A DNA stretch of 64,000 bases, taken from assembly GCA_053919585.1 (NCBI GenBank), contig CM132820.1; one strand, given 5' to 3'. This DNA comes from Euprymna scolopes (taxonomy: Eukaryota). A model generated the notes under the pieces. That model was not told the DNA's origin. It was given only the letters and a program-made list of their open reading frames with translations, and made no database searches. Positions 50,640-62,811 of this stretch are shown one piece after another. A program made the position numbers and the translations under genes. Positions within the stretch are counted from its first letter, which is position 1. The number at the start of each line of letters is the position of its first letter.

Positions 50640-50873
50640 TTACTCAATGATTGCGTTTGTATTCTGCTCGTTCTTTAATGTCAAGAGGCAACCCATCAAT
50701 TTTTACACACTGTGGGTTTATCGATTCAGTAACACGACCTGTCCTGTATTTTATCGTGCACTTGCTGGATGGATGTTTACCTCAAACAGCGTTTTATTTT
50801 ATATACGTTCTCTTAGTTATCTCTGAGTCAGGTAATGAGTTAGCCTCAACACCAGTTTCGGACATGATATCTA
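50640..50873 (-). mobile_element. Gypsy (element-B lineage) integrase C-terminal fragment
   Basis: RYHVR..VKHPSSKCTIKYRTGRVT..VKIDGLP, homologous to 29510-29720. Confidence 0.65.
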
Positions 50874-51139
50874 CAGTATCGGCCATAATATAAGGAACGG
50901 AAAAAAATTACAATTATTCATGTATATTTCAAAAATTAGTGCATGGATTTTTCTGAAATACTCAGAATAAACAAATAGAACCAATGTGTATAAACTAGTG
51001 TTATGTTACGAAGCGTATGGTGACAAGCAAAAAGAATAGACAACACAGGATTAAAAATTGGACGAACTCAACAATTTATTTTCGAATAAATAACACAGAA
51101 TAATAACGAGCTGTCGTTGGGGTGAAGATGGCAGATTGT

Positions 51140-51480
51140 TGTTGTTGTTGTTGTTGTTATAAAGCGCGACGATCCCTTCGTTGTAGTAGTAGTAGCAGCA
51201 GTGCTGGTTATAACGCTGTGTTAATGGCGATAGTTGTTGTTGTTTACAAGGCGCGACGAAGCCTCCGTTTGTAGTAGTAGTAGCAGCAGTGCTGGTTATA
51301 ATGCTGTGTTAATGGCGATAGTTGTTGTTGTTTACAAGGCGCGACGAAGCCTCCGTTTGTAGTAGTAGTAGTAGTAGCAGCAGTGCTGGTTATAATGCTG
51401 TGTTAATGGCGATAGTTGTCGTTGTTTATAAGGCACGACGATGACTTCGTTGTAGTGGTAGTAGTATTGGTCGCGACAGC
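51140..51480. repeat. ~85-bp tandem repeat with (GTT)/(GTA) tracts inside the D LTR
   Basis: About 3.5 copies of GTTGTTTACAAGGCGCGACGAAGCCTCCGTTTGTAGTAGTAG..CAGCAGTGCTGGTTATAATGCTGTGTTAATGGCGATA. Confidence 0.9.
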
Positions 51481-51941
51481 CGTAGCGTTGTAGTGATGGC
51501 GAGGCTGGTGGTCCTTCTCTTGTCTTTTCCTTGGCTTCGCTAAATATGGCAAACAGGCGGACGTAGTTGTAGACAATGGTCAGCGATGAAGAAATTGCCC
51601 CAGGTCGAGAAAACTGTGTCTTTTGAGTTGTTATTTTCGCTACGGTGTGTAATGCATCTAAGTGTTCTGCCCGTAATTTCATGGAGGTAACCATGATCAT
51701 GTGCCTCGACTTTGGTGCCATGGCAGCGATCGTAGAGTGAATCCCTACGTAGTCAATTTCTCCCCAAAGCGGTCAGGAATCATGAAACTTGAGTGGTGGT
51801 CGTCACGGTGACACGTGGTAGACAGTATGACGGCGTCCTCAAGTCAAAATGAGATCTACATCATAACATCATAACAGCTCCCCCAGATCTCATTTTGACT
51901 TGAATTGTCCAGTGCGGTCATAGTTGCATGTGTGAATGGAA

Positions 51942-54900
51942 TCAACCCATGATGAAATCCTTAAATCGTTTAGGAAGCTGGCCTCGTGTTGACCGATTCC
52001 GAATCAGGTCTGATCTGTATCCCGACGGTAGTCGAGGGGTTTCTATGTATATGGGGTCCTGCAACGCTGTGTGTGCCCCTGCCTTGGGTGGAGGCGTTGT
52101 CTCTTCGGTAGATTGACGAGTTGGGTAGGGTAGAGGAGGTAGATTGGGGGACAAATGTTTTGGTCGTGGTATTAATCGGCGGACATGTGCCCGGTGAACC
52201 CATTCACTCTCGCCGTCATCATTTTTTATCTGGATCACCATGCTGTTGGTCTTAGCAACTTCGAAGGTACCAATCCAGGGGAGGTGAGATGCGTGAGCAA
52301 TAGCTGATTGAGGCCGGTGGATTAGTACCTTGTCACCGACTTGTATTGGTTCCTTATTCATGTCCTTGTCTAAATTTGGGTTTTGGGCATGGTCAGCTTC
52401 ATTGTTGGCCAGCGCGACGTGTCGATGAACTTGTCTTAACAGGGCATTGACCTGCATGCCGTAAGCCATGGGGCTGTGGTTTGTGATACTGTTGTTGGGT
52501 AATCTTGGTAAACCAATGTTGGGCTGCCGACCAGTGATTATATAGTGTGGTGACGCTCCAGTGGCACTGTTGATGGTAGCATTCATTGATGAGATGACGG
52601 ATTCGAGGATGTCGGTCCACTCACAGTCTCTATCTTCGCACAGCATGTATATGGCGTTTTTCATCATGCGGTGCTGTCGTTCAATGTTGCCTGAGCTTTG
52701 TGGTGTAATTCCTGCGTGATTGATGTGAGTTGGCAAAAGATCCTGTATACCTCCCCCGTGAAGTGGGTTCCGCGATCGGATGAAACAATGCGTGGTATTT
52801 CCCGGTGTCGAAGGAAGAAACTGTAAATTCCACGGGCAGCATCGATCGCACAATCTCTGGAACACGGCACAGCCGTAAGGTGTCTACTGAAACTGTCCAG
52901 CATGGTTAGGATGTAGCGTTTCCCCTTTGAAATTGGCATCGTGACGAAATCAATGTAGATGATTTCGAACGGTCTTTCTCCACGTTTGCAGTGTCCGGTG
53001 GGCCAGTCCTTGCGTTTGCCATAGTTACCCTTCCACTTGGCACATGTTTCGCAGGAGTTGACATACGTCTTAATGTCATGGTCCTTGCATTCCCACCAGT
53101 AGCCGGATAGATGTTCGCGCATGCGGGCGATACCTGAATGATTGACGCAGTCATGGGCCTGATTCAGGTACTTGGGATCGAGTTTGTATGGTACGACCAG
53201 TTTTGGGGAATGATTGTTGTCCCTAATCATCAAGACAGATGTGCCGGGCTCCAGGTAGAACTGGTGGATGTATTTGTTGAGTATGGGGGCCCGATGGTCA
53301 TCGGGGTCGATGTTACAGTTTTTGCTGGAGTTATTCGTCTGGAGGGTTTTGATGATTCTCGACAGTGTGTTGTCTGTGCATTGTTCAGCAGCGATATTGA
53401 TATGGTCGCAATTGTATTTTGTGGGGATGGTTGATGTAGAGTGATAGGCAAAGAACGCATCCACAATATTCTTGTGGTGGCGGGTGGTCTGAGGTGTGTG
53501 TGTTTCGGGGATGAGCATTGATCCATCAATTTCGTCCATGCACCAAGATGGGATGTAAATGCGTAGGTCCGAACCCTGGATTCTGAATGTTTTGCCTGCA
53601 GGGTTGGCGTCAGCTGGTGTGTTATTTTTTCTTTGGCCATGACTTCTGCTGAGCATGTCGGCCCAGACATTGGATCCGCCCTCCACAAATTCCAGAATGA
53701 ATTTATAGCATGCGACCTCTTCCTGCCATCTGCGGATTTTGGCATTGTTGAATACCCGCTGATCCAGATAGGTTAGTGATCTGTGATCGGTGAAGATGAC
53801 GAAGGGGCGGCTGTGTAGGAAGTAGTCGAATTTTGCTATGGCCCACTTTATTGCGTATGCCTCGCGTTCAGTTTTGGACCAGTTTTGTTCCGTGGTGTTA
53901 AATATGTGTGAAGCGACTGCTATGATCTTCTTCTTTCCCCTGTCATCTTCTTGCATTAGGATGGCCCCACATGCGGTGTCACTCGCATCAGTGGTGAGCG
54001 TGAAGAGTTGATCAAAGTCAGGGAATGAAATGACAGGAGGCGATGACAGTCATTTCTTTATCTTATTAAAGGCCTTGTCCGCCTGCTCAGTCCATGCAAA
54101 TGGTTTGCCAGCCCTATTCAGTTCATGGATGGGGGTCATGATGCTGGAAAATGTGTCCGACCTGATTTGTTCCTGTACCCGTGTCTCCAGGAATTGCCAT
54201 ATCCACACTAAACGACCTATGAGGCCTTGCAGTTCCTTTTTTGTTGTTGGAGGCTTCATTTCCATGATGGCGCGGACGTATTCGGGGTCGGCCTTGAAAC
54301 CCTTGCTATTTACGATGCGACCGAGGAATTTTGCTTCGTTCGCGAGGAAGGTACATTTATCCGGATTCAATTTTTTTCCAAATTTACGTAGGGCGGTGAA
54401 TAGTTGCTCCAGTGCCAGTATGTATCCTTCAAATGTTTTGGCGTGGACTAGGTTGTCGTCAATGTACAAGGATATGTTGGTGCGAGATGTAACAGTGGCC
54501 AAGGCTTCAGCTATGCAGCGGGAGAAGATTTTTCCGGCAGATGTGAGACCAAAGGCGAGTCATGTGTATTGGTAGAATTTGCCCTTCCATGTGAATGCAG
54601 TTTTGTGTCAATCACGCTCGTCGATAGCGATCTGCCAATAGCCACTGAGAAGATCAAGGGATGCAAAATATTTATTTCCTTCGCCGATTCTGTGGAACAG
54701 GTGGTCAATCGTAGGTATGGGGTAGGGGTCGAGATCGACTAGGACCTAGTTGAGTGTTGCTTTGAAGTTGGCAACTACCTGGATTGCCCCGTTCTTCTTG
54801 CGAACGGCAAATACAAGGCTATTAAAACCCTTGGGGTCCTTGCATGGTTCGATGATCTCTCTTGCGGCCATGTGCATGATTTCAGCATCGACATCAGCCT

Positions 54901-55828
54901 CGAGAGCCTGGGCGATTGGGTGTTGCTTCTGACAGCGGGATTGGCCATTGGTTGGTATTCGAACTGGTCTGATGAAGGTACCCTCTTCTCCCTTTTCGGT
55001 ACCCATGATGTCGGCGAAGCGGATGATTAAGTCTGTTGTGGCCTCCAGTTCGTCGCGGTTTGGATGGTTGGGCAATGCCACACCCACATTACTCTGTAGC
55101 CAGTGTAGTTTTTCATTTAGTGTCTTGAGGCTGGGCTGTGTGAGTCTAGTGGGATGATCGATGGTGTGGGCTCCAAATGTGGTATCATCAGCTGGTATCT
55201 TCTGTGTAAGAGCTGGTAGTATTGCTGCCGCGTGAGTTATCGGAGTGGACGCGAGCGTGCGTCTGAATTCGATCGTTGATTTTTGGTGGTCGATTGTGTA
55301 GGAGTCTAATGTGCTGTGACCAAGGATGCTTTGGCCGATCAGGATTGGAGATATAGCGGATGTTATCAGCATGTTGATCCCGTCGAACCTGGGTGAATCG
55401 TGGTTGCCGATGGCGATGCCACAATTAAGTTCGCCAAGGATATGGATGCTGCCGTTTATGCCTCTCACATGCACGTTGGATGGCGTTATTCGACGTCTGA
55501 TCTCTTCGGGTATTCGAGATACTGGCATAATGCAAGTGGAGCAGCCTGAGTCCAACATAGATATGTCCGAGAACGTAGCTCCCTCGATCATGAAATGTGT
55601 GTTGACGAAAGGTGACTTTTGCGCCGAGTGTTGATGAAAGTTAAATACGTGATGGTGAGTCTGTTGGACCCCGGGGTGAGCCATCATATCTCGCCCGGTC
55701 CGTATTGAAAATCCTCGGCCATGGTAGTGGGGAGAGTATCTTCCGGTGGCATATCCTTGTCGTCTGTTGCGATATATGCCTGGGCACGAGGTGGGTGCCG
55801 GTACCGACAGTTGCGTCCATGGAAGCAT
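51942..55828 (-). pseudogene. pol: Gypsy D pol (PR-RT-RH-IN), disrupted
   Basis: MLDSGCS, SLYIDDNL, FTDHRSL, YIDFV..SDRGTHF; split over several ORFs. Confidence 0.92.
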
Positions 55829-56874
55829 GCATAGCCTTTCATGTAGTTTTGGCAGATCTCAGCATCCTGATTTTGTTCATCGTCCCTGCGCGTCTGAAAA
55901 TGGCCGCGAGTGCCAGTGGGTTTGGTGTTGTGTGGTGTTGTGGTATCTTTCCTTGCCTGTGGGCGGAGTGTTTGCCTGTTCACATTGTGTTCAGTTCGCC
56001 TGGTCATTTGATCAGATCGTTGTAGCCTGTTTGCGTAGTACGCGATGGGACTATCATTAATTTCATCGTCCGTTTTGACACCACAGTCGATGTACCGCTG
56101 TGCATCACTAGCTATCCCACCCGCCGTATAATGCTTATCCATTGTTTTGACGATGTGTGGGTATAAGCTCGGTGTCCAGGCTTTCACCTTCTCGCTCATT
56201 AGCATTGCACCCATGGGAGAGAAGACAGTATCTGCAGGTATTTCCCGTGAGTGGTCCGACTTAATTTTTGCCTTTATGTGTACTGCAGCCTCTCTAATCG
56301 TGTTTTCCAGTCAGCCGGCGAAATCTGTCAATCTCTCCCCATCTCGACGCTGCAAATCCCAAGCCCAGCTGAGGTGCTGGAAGTTCGTCATTTGGCTACC
56401 GTGGGTCGTTATGAGGTATGCTTTGAGTTGCTCGAAGGTAGATGTGTCATTTTGGGAGTCCGTCATTTGCTGGAATATCCCTTCGTTCAGAAGCTGTTTG
56501 CAGATTCTGACAAACTCTTTTTCGATACTAGGGTGTGTACTGATTTCCGGCTTGACGTGTATCATGTATGTTTTGTTTACATCCGTGATGAAGCGGTTAA
56601 CATCGTTCCCGGGGTTGAACTTTTTCATATCCTTTACCGAATCGTGTATGGCCTTTAATCTGATCATCAGATTGTAGTTGTTGTTATCGGCTTTGGGCGT
56701 GTCGGTTAAGGTGGTTGATTTGAGGGTGCAGAGCATAATCTCTAGGTCCGCTTTTATTTCGGTGATAAGGGCCTCGTCTGGTCGTGATGTACTCGATTTT
56801 AGCTGGAGGAGTACCGATTTCTGGTCTCTGATAAAACTGAGAAGTTCGTTACGGGTGCACCCTGAGTAGTCCAT
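55684..56874 (-). pseudogene. gag: Gypsy D gag-like ORF with a CCCH-like motif, disrupted
   Basis: ORFs 56874-56311 and 56214-55684 begin just after the PBS; CQNYMKGYACFHGRNCRYRH. Confidence 0.7.
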
Positions 56875-58413
56875 TCTACCTGTCGCACGATTCTGACACC
56901 AGTTGTTATGTTACGAGGCGTACTAGTACCAAAAAATAAATAAAATTACGATTCAATATTGAGAAATATTTTAGTTTTAAATTATATCTGTGGATTTATC
57001 CTGTCCAAAAGTTAAGGAACGAAATAGAAACTTTATATTTTTTTAATGCAAATGTTTTAAAAAATAAATCCATTCAATATTTAGTGAACATCCCTTTATT
57101 CTTTATGACCTCACTGCATCTTCGACCACAAGACTGGATTAATTTCTTGCAAAATTCAGGATTTATCTTTTTCCATTCTTCCTTCAATAAATCCAACAAA
57201 TGATTTTGATTTTGGGGATTCTTCGTCAGTGCTCTTTCTCCAATGATTTTCCAAACATTTTCTATCGGATTCAGATCTGGACTCTGCGCTGGCCAGTCCA
57301 TTACTCTTATTTCTTCTTCCTCGAGGTAACTTATCACTTTTTTAGCTTTATGGCAAGGGGCGTTATCTTGCATAAAAATGCTTGGTTGATTAGGTAAAGG
57401 CGTAAGCTCTCGATGACATGTTGTTGAAGGAGCTGCTTATAAGTCTCCGCATTAACCCTACCATAGATTCGAACGTGAGGGCCAACTCCTTCCGAGGATA
57501 TCATACCCCACACCATCACACTTCCCTCTCCGAATTTAAGTGTCTTTTTAACACATTTGGAGGATAATCGTTCATCTGCTTTACGTCGTACATGTTTATT
57601 CCATCAGATCCAAACAAATTGAACTTGGATTCATCGCTTAAGTGAACCATAGCCAATTGTTCATCAGTCCAGACGACATGCTCATGGGCAAACTTCAAAC
57701 GGCTATTTTTGTTCTTCTTGGAGATCAAGGGTTTAGATACTGGCACCCTGGCATGCAATCCGGTAGCTGCTAACCGTCGAGAAACAGTTTTTCTAGATAT
57801 ATTTTCCCAGTCTGTTCATTAAAATCACGAGAAATTGATGTTGCGGATTTGAATCGGTAACTAAGAGTCTGCCTTACCATAAACCTATCTTCTCTTTGAG
57901 ACGTTTTATGGGGTCTGCCGGTTTTAGAGGATGCTTCTAATGTATTTTATTCTTATATCGAGCTATCACACGATGAACAACACTTTTTGATCTTCGAACG
58001 ATATTAGAAATTGTTGAAATTGATTTCTTTTCTTTGTAATTGTCTAAAATTATTTTTTTGTCTTGGAGAGACAGAGTTTTGCGAGTCGGTGAGACCATTT
58101 TTCTTTGTTGTGCTTATCAGCAGTTCCAATATTAAAAACTAGCTATTGTTATGTAAAGTTTAGTCTCTTAAAAATACATTTTCTATTTCGTTCCTTAACT
58201 TTTGGCCAGGATAAATCCACAGATATAATTTTAAACTAAAATATTTCTCAATATTGAATCGTAATTTTTTTTTTTTTTTTTGGTACTAGTTTATACACAT
58301 TGGTTCTATTTGTTTATTCTGAGTATTTCAGAAAAAATCCATGCACTAATTTTTGAAATATACATGAATAATTGTAATGTTTTTTTCCATTCCTTATATT
58401 ATGGCTGATACTG

Positions 58414-58917
58414 TATTTTCCTTCCCTCGTTTCCTATACAGGTCAGAAATATTGAAGTTTTCACCTTCTCCTGTTTCTTGTCCGACTCTGTAGTTTGCAG
58501 GAACAATTGAAATTTTTTTTCCAAGTTTCCCATTCCTGTGCGAGATTTTCCGAAGAAAAATTTAATTCTTTTGGATGTGGAAAAAATTCCATTTTTTTCT
58601 TTTTTTTTTGAGAAGATATTAATATGCGGCCATGAGTGTTGACGGTTCGATGTTTTATTCTGACACCATTTTTTATTATGAGTTGATACAGTTGAATATT
58701 AGTTAGAATCATGTTAGTAATTTCTTAGTGAAACATTCATTGAAGAGACGAAACACACGTAGTATCGTAACGAAGAATTTATTTACACTGAATAGAAACA
58801 AAGCAATTTAATACTAAAAAGAATGTCACTCAACGGTAGTGGGAGGTTGCAGTCAAGAGTGACGGTGGCAGTTACTAAATCAAAGGGAGATAACTCGTGT
58901 TTACTCCATATGTAACA
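58414..58917 (-). mobile_element. Gypsy 5' LTR, PBS and gag start, truncated by the Tc1
   Basis: LTR ~58669-58917; PBS TGGTGTCAGAA; MEFFPHPKELNFSSENLAQEWETWK..KVKTSIFLTCIG. Confidence 0.8.
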
Positions 58918-58919
58918 AA

Positions 58920-59227
58920 TATGACCAGCAGAATTATTAATGAACTGGAAAATAAAAACTGTTTGGGATTGGATCATTCCGAAGAAGTGAGGGAGCGGAT
59001 GAAAAAACACCAAGAAATCCAAAAGAAATATCATAACAACTTTAGAGTCATACGAGAATTTAGAGAAGACGAATTAGTTTTCGCCAAAATTTTCTATACA
59101 GGACCAAGATGGAAAAATAGAGTGGTCACGAGAGGGACAGGCCCACTAGGCCCAGTGTCATATAAAATTAAACTAGAGTGGGAGATAGTGGTAAGGCGAC
59201 ATGCGGACCTTGTAAAAACGGCGAATA

Positions 59228-59230
<3 letters not shown>
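58920..59230 (+). mobile_element. Gypsy integrase C-terminal fragment
   Basis: QKKYHN..REF..LVFAK..GPRW..GPVSYKI..RRHAD. Confidence 0.7.
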
Positions 59231-59298
<68 letters not shown>

Positions 59299-59330
59299 GA
59301 GATAGAGAGAGAGGGACAGAGAGAGGGGGA
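59230..59330. repeat. (GT)n(GA)n compound microsatellite
   Basis: Direct reading. Confidence 0.9.
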
Positions 59331-60089
59331 GGAGAAAATAAAAAATGTTGTAGATAGGGGTGACGCCGTAAAATGCTTTTTTTTTACCATGAAAATAAAT
59401 GTAAAAAGCAAGTGACCAAATGAACGAAACGGAGAAGAAATATAAACTATTGTAGAGAATGATTACATCGAAAGAGAGAAAGAGAGGGGGATTGAAAGGA
59501 AATAACAACTGGTGTAGATATTGTTTGTCGTGAAATATTTTTATTTTTTCTTCATCAGAAAAAGNNNNNNNNNNNNNNNNNNNNNNNNNNNNNNNNNNNN
59601 NNNNNNNNNNNNNNNNNNNNNNNNNNNNNNNNNNNNNNNNNNNNNNNNNNNNNNNNNNNNNNNNNNNNNNNNNNNNNNNNNNNNNNNNNNNNNNNNNNNN
59701 NNNNNNNNNNNNNNNNNNNNNNNNNNNNTGTAGATATTGTTTGCAATGTAATTTTATTTCTTCGGCATGAAAAAAGTTTATAAAGTCAGCGAGAGAGATC
59801 GAGAGAAAGAGTAAAAGAGAGAGATCGAGAGAGAGAGAGAGAGTTTTGAAAATATATGCAGAGAGAGAGAGAGAGAGAGAGGAAATAAAAACTGGTGTAG
59901 ATATTGTTACGCAGTAAAATGTAAGAAAATGAATACATCAATTTACTCAGAAGACAAAAGTAGGTATCATTGCGACGCCATATTTGAATGGTACATTATT
60001 ATTCATTTAGCATGTGAATATCGTTAATCTGTAATATAGGATTGAAAATCGACTGTGCATCTTGGTTGGCTAGTTTCCTTTGTGCAGAT

Positions 60090-62150
60090 CATCATTCTAT
60101 GCGAACATCAAACATTACGTATGATGAACTGTGCACCGCTAAAGCTAATCGCGGACCCGGATGCTGAGCCTATAGCTCATCATACGCCTGTACCAGTTCT
60201 CATACACTGGCAGGAGAAAGTCAAGAAAGGACTTAACCTAGACGTGCATTTGGGAGTCATTGAACTAGTACTAATTGGCGAACTTGTCACCTGGTTTCAT
60301 AGTATGATGCCCAAAGAAAAACAATACAGTCGATTTTCAAGCTCTAAATACCTATGCAACTCGTGAAACACATCATACACCATCGCCATTACATCAAGCA
60401 TGATCAGTACCATTTGATAAAAAAGAAGACTATTCCCGATGCATGGAACAGTTACCACAGTGTATCTGTCTGTGAGGAGGCTCGCCATCTTACCACATTT
60501 ATTACTACTTGGGATCGATATCGCTACAGGATGGCACTGCAGGGCTACATTGCTTCTGGCGACAGATACACATGATGTTGTGATGAGATGGTCGCGGACA
60601 TACCAAATAAGACAAAGTGCGTTGACGATGCTTTGTTATGGGCTGACAACTTTGCAACTTTCTTTACACTGTAAACTAGCTTGATATCTGTGGAAGAAAT
60701 GGCATCGCGCTTTATCTGAATGAATTTATTCTCGGAGCAGGCGTCATTTAATTTGTTAGATTCGAGATCACCAGGAACAATGTCCGTCCATGTCTACAAG
60801 CCATTCTAGATTTCCTGACACCAAAAAAAAAACATCACCGAGGTTCGTTTATGGTTCGGTCTCACTAACCATGTGTCTTATTTCTTCAGCATGACAATAG
60901 GAGCTTCTTAAACCGACCACCCAATTCAAGTGAAATGAGGACCTAGAAGCCGTTTCAGGAATCTAAGACATAGATTGTTGCTGAACTTGAACATGGCGTT
61001 ATGTTTCGAAACCGATTGATCAAAGTTTGGAATCGGATTTTGGCTCCTACCAAAACATTGTAACTGCCCAAAAAACTAAGTGCTTTGTTGTCGCTCTGGC
61101 GGAAGGTGATCCGAGTTGACAGCTGATTTACACATACAGCAGGATCATGCTATGCACCGATAGAAGGTGAGGCGACCGCAGTCACAGACGCCTTAGAAAA
61201 AGCTAGATACTTCCTTCTTGGATGTTCAAACCTGATAATTGTAGTGGACCACAAACTGCTGCTGAAAATATTCCTTGATAGATCACTTGAGTATATTTCC
61301 AACACTCGCTTTCGGAACCACAAGAAAAACACTATGACACAGATTTACTATGGTCCACATCTCCAGAGTAAAACATCGCGCCAATGACTGCCTGTCACAC
61401 CATCTGACTTGTGAGCATATAAAGTTTATACTACCCGACGACCTAGCATCCCAGTCCTCGGGGTATAAATCTTTCGAACACCCAGCCCAAGTACTATTTG
61501 ACCTTAGAACCTACGATACCATCGAATGTGACACCAAATAAAGTGTCATTGCAACAGCAGCTGCATGACTGGACGCACTAAGCCTCAAAGCTGTCACCTA
61601 GGACCGAGTGTGTACGGCCACCGCTGGTAACAAACATAACAAACAGAATTTCGCCAGGAAATGCCCCACAACATTTGCGAGTATTTTCTGTTCCGAGACG
61701 ATTGTCTCACCGTCATTACAAAACGAAGTACTCACTACTCATCACTCGGCTTACCAAGGCGTAACGTCTATGATTGCAAGGACCAAAGCGTCCGTTTTTG
61801 GGCCAGGGATTACATCACCATCACAGCACACCGTGCAATGTAACCAAAAGGCACCATTAAACCCGAGAGCACCACCAATCACCCCCAATAAACCCGGAAT
61901 GACCTTTCAGTGTAGATTTCTTCACCTATCAAGGATATCACTACCTAGTTGTGGTGGACCACTATCCCAAGTATCCCATAATTTAGAGATCCTCAGATGG
62001 TGCCAAGGACTTATCTACTGCCTAAGACGGATCTTTGTAACCTATGCTATACGTGTGAAGTAAGCTTCCGATGATGAACCAGAGTTAACCACTATCAGCA
62101 CAAGGCAATGTTTCACCAATTGGGATGTTCACCGCATGTTATTCTTGGTA
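60090..62150 (+). mobile_element. Decayed Gypsy pol (RT-RH-IN)
   Basis: HHTPVPVLIHWQEKVK, DAWNSYHSV, QGYIASGD, KCVDD, YAPIEGEA, VDHK, HSAYQG. Confidence 0.85.
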
Positions 62151-62811
62151 GCTGCTGTAATATTAAAACACTAGTATTTTGTGTTACTGTGTTGTCTAAT
62201 TATCTCCCCTTGCTGTGTACTCTCTAGTATTTTCTATTCGTTCATTAAAGCCTTTATTATAGGTAAACGTGTGCCAGTTGGCACAGTTTAATATTTAAAT
62301 TTAAAATCGTGAAATACAATTTAGGCGCGCAGTGCAATTGATTGTTTCGGCGCGTTAAAAAAATGAAAAATGACACCCACGCAAATTCCGGCGTGACCTT
62401 TATATACCAAAGGTGCGGACGTAGTTGAAAGCACCCCATGTGATGTCTTCCGTCCAATGGAATTCCTCCTAGGACATATTTTAAAACTGATTTTCTAGAG
62501 CTCGTTTGGAGCCGATCAAATCATATATAAACATGCACAAACACAAAATCTATCTCTTTAGTCTCTTAGCCTTTCGAGCATTCTTTCGTCTCTTTAAACT
62601 CTTCCGACTCATTCAACGCTTTCTCATTAGGACTTGCCACGCGTGCAAACATCAATTATTTCATTTCCACTGCTCCGCGCATTAATACTCTCTTTTAACA
62701 GAGGAACATTAATATTGTCTCTGTTACATATTGGAACATTCAAAGAACACAAAATAAGAGACTCTCCATCTTTCATATGAACTCAAAAAAAAAAAAAAAA
62801 GAAAAGAACTT

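Larger units (their letters stand above)
50999..56921 (-). mobile_element. Ty3/Gypsy LTR retrotransposon D (878-bp 3' LTR, 18-bp 5' LTR remnant)
   Basis: 3' LTR 50999-51876 (TGTTATG...CATAACA); PPT GGGGGAGC; PBS TGGTGTCAGAA; 5' LTR remnant 56904-56921; TSD ACTAG. Confidence 0.93.
50874..58413 (-). mobile_element. Tc1 (DD34E, long-TIR type) transposon of ~1.6 kb, interrupted by Gypsy D
   Basis: TA-CAGTATC...GATACTG-TA ends; TIRs of ~230 bp, the left one split by the insertion; transposase 58098-57074 with SDESKF, QDNAPCH and SPDLNPIE (34-residue D-E spacing), frameshifted. Confidence 0.93.
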
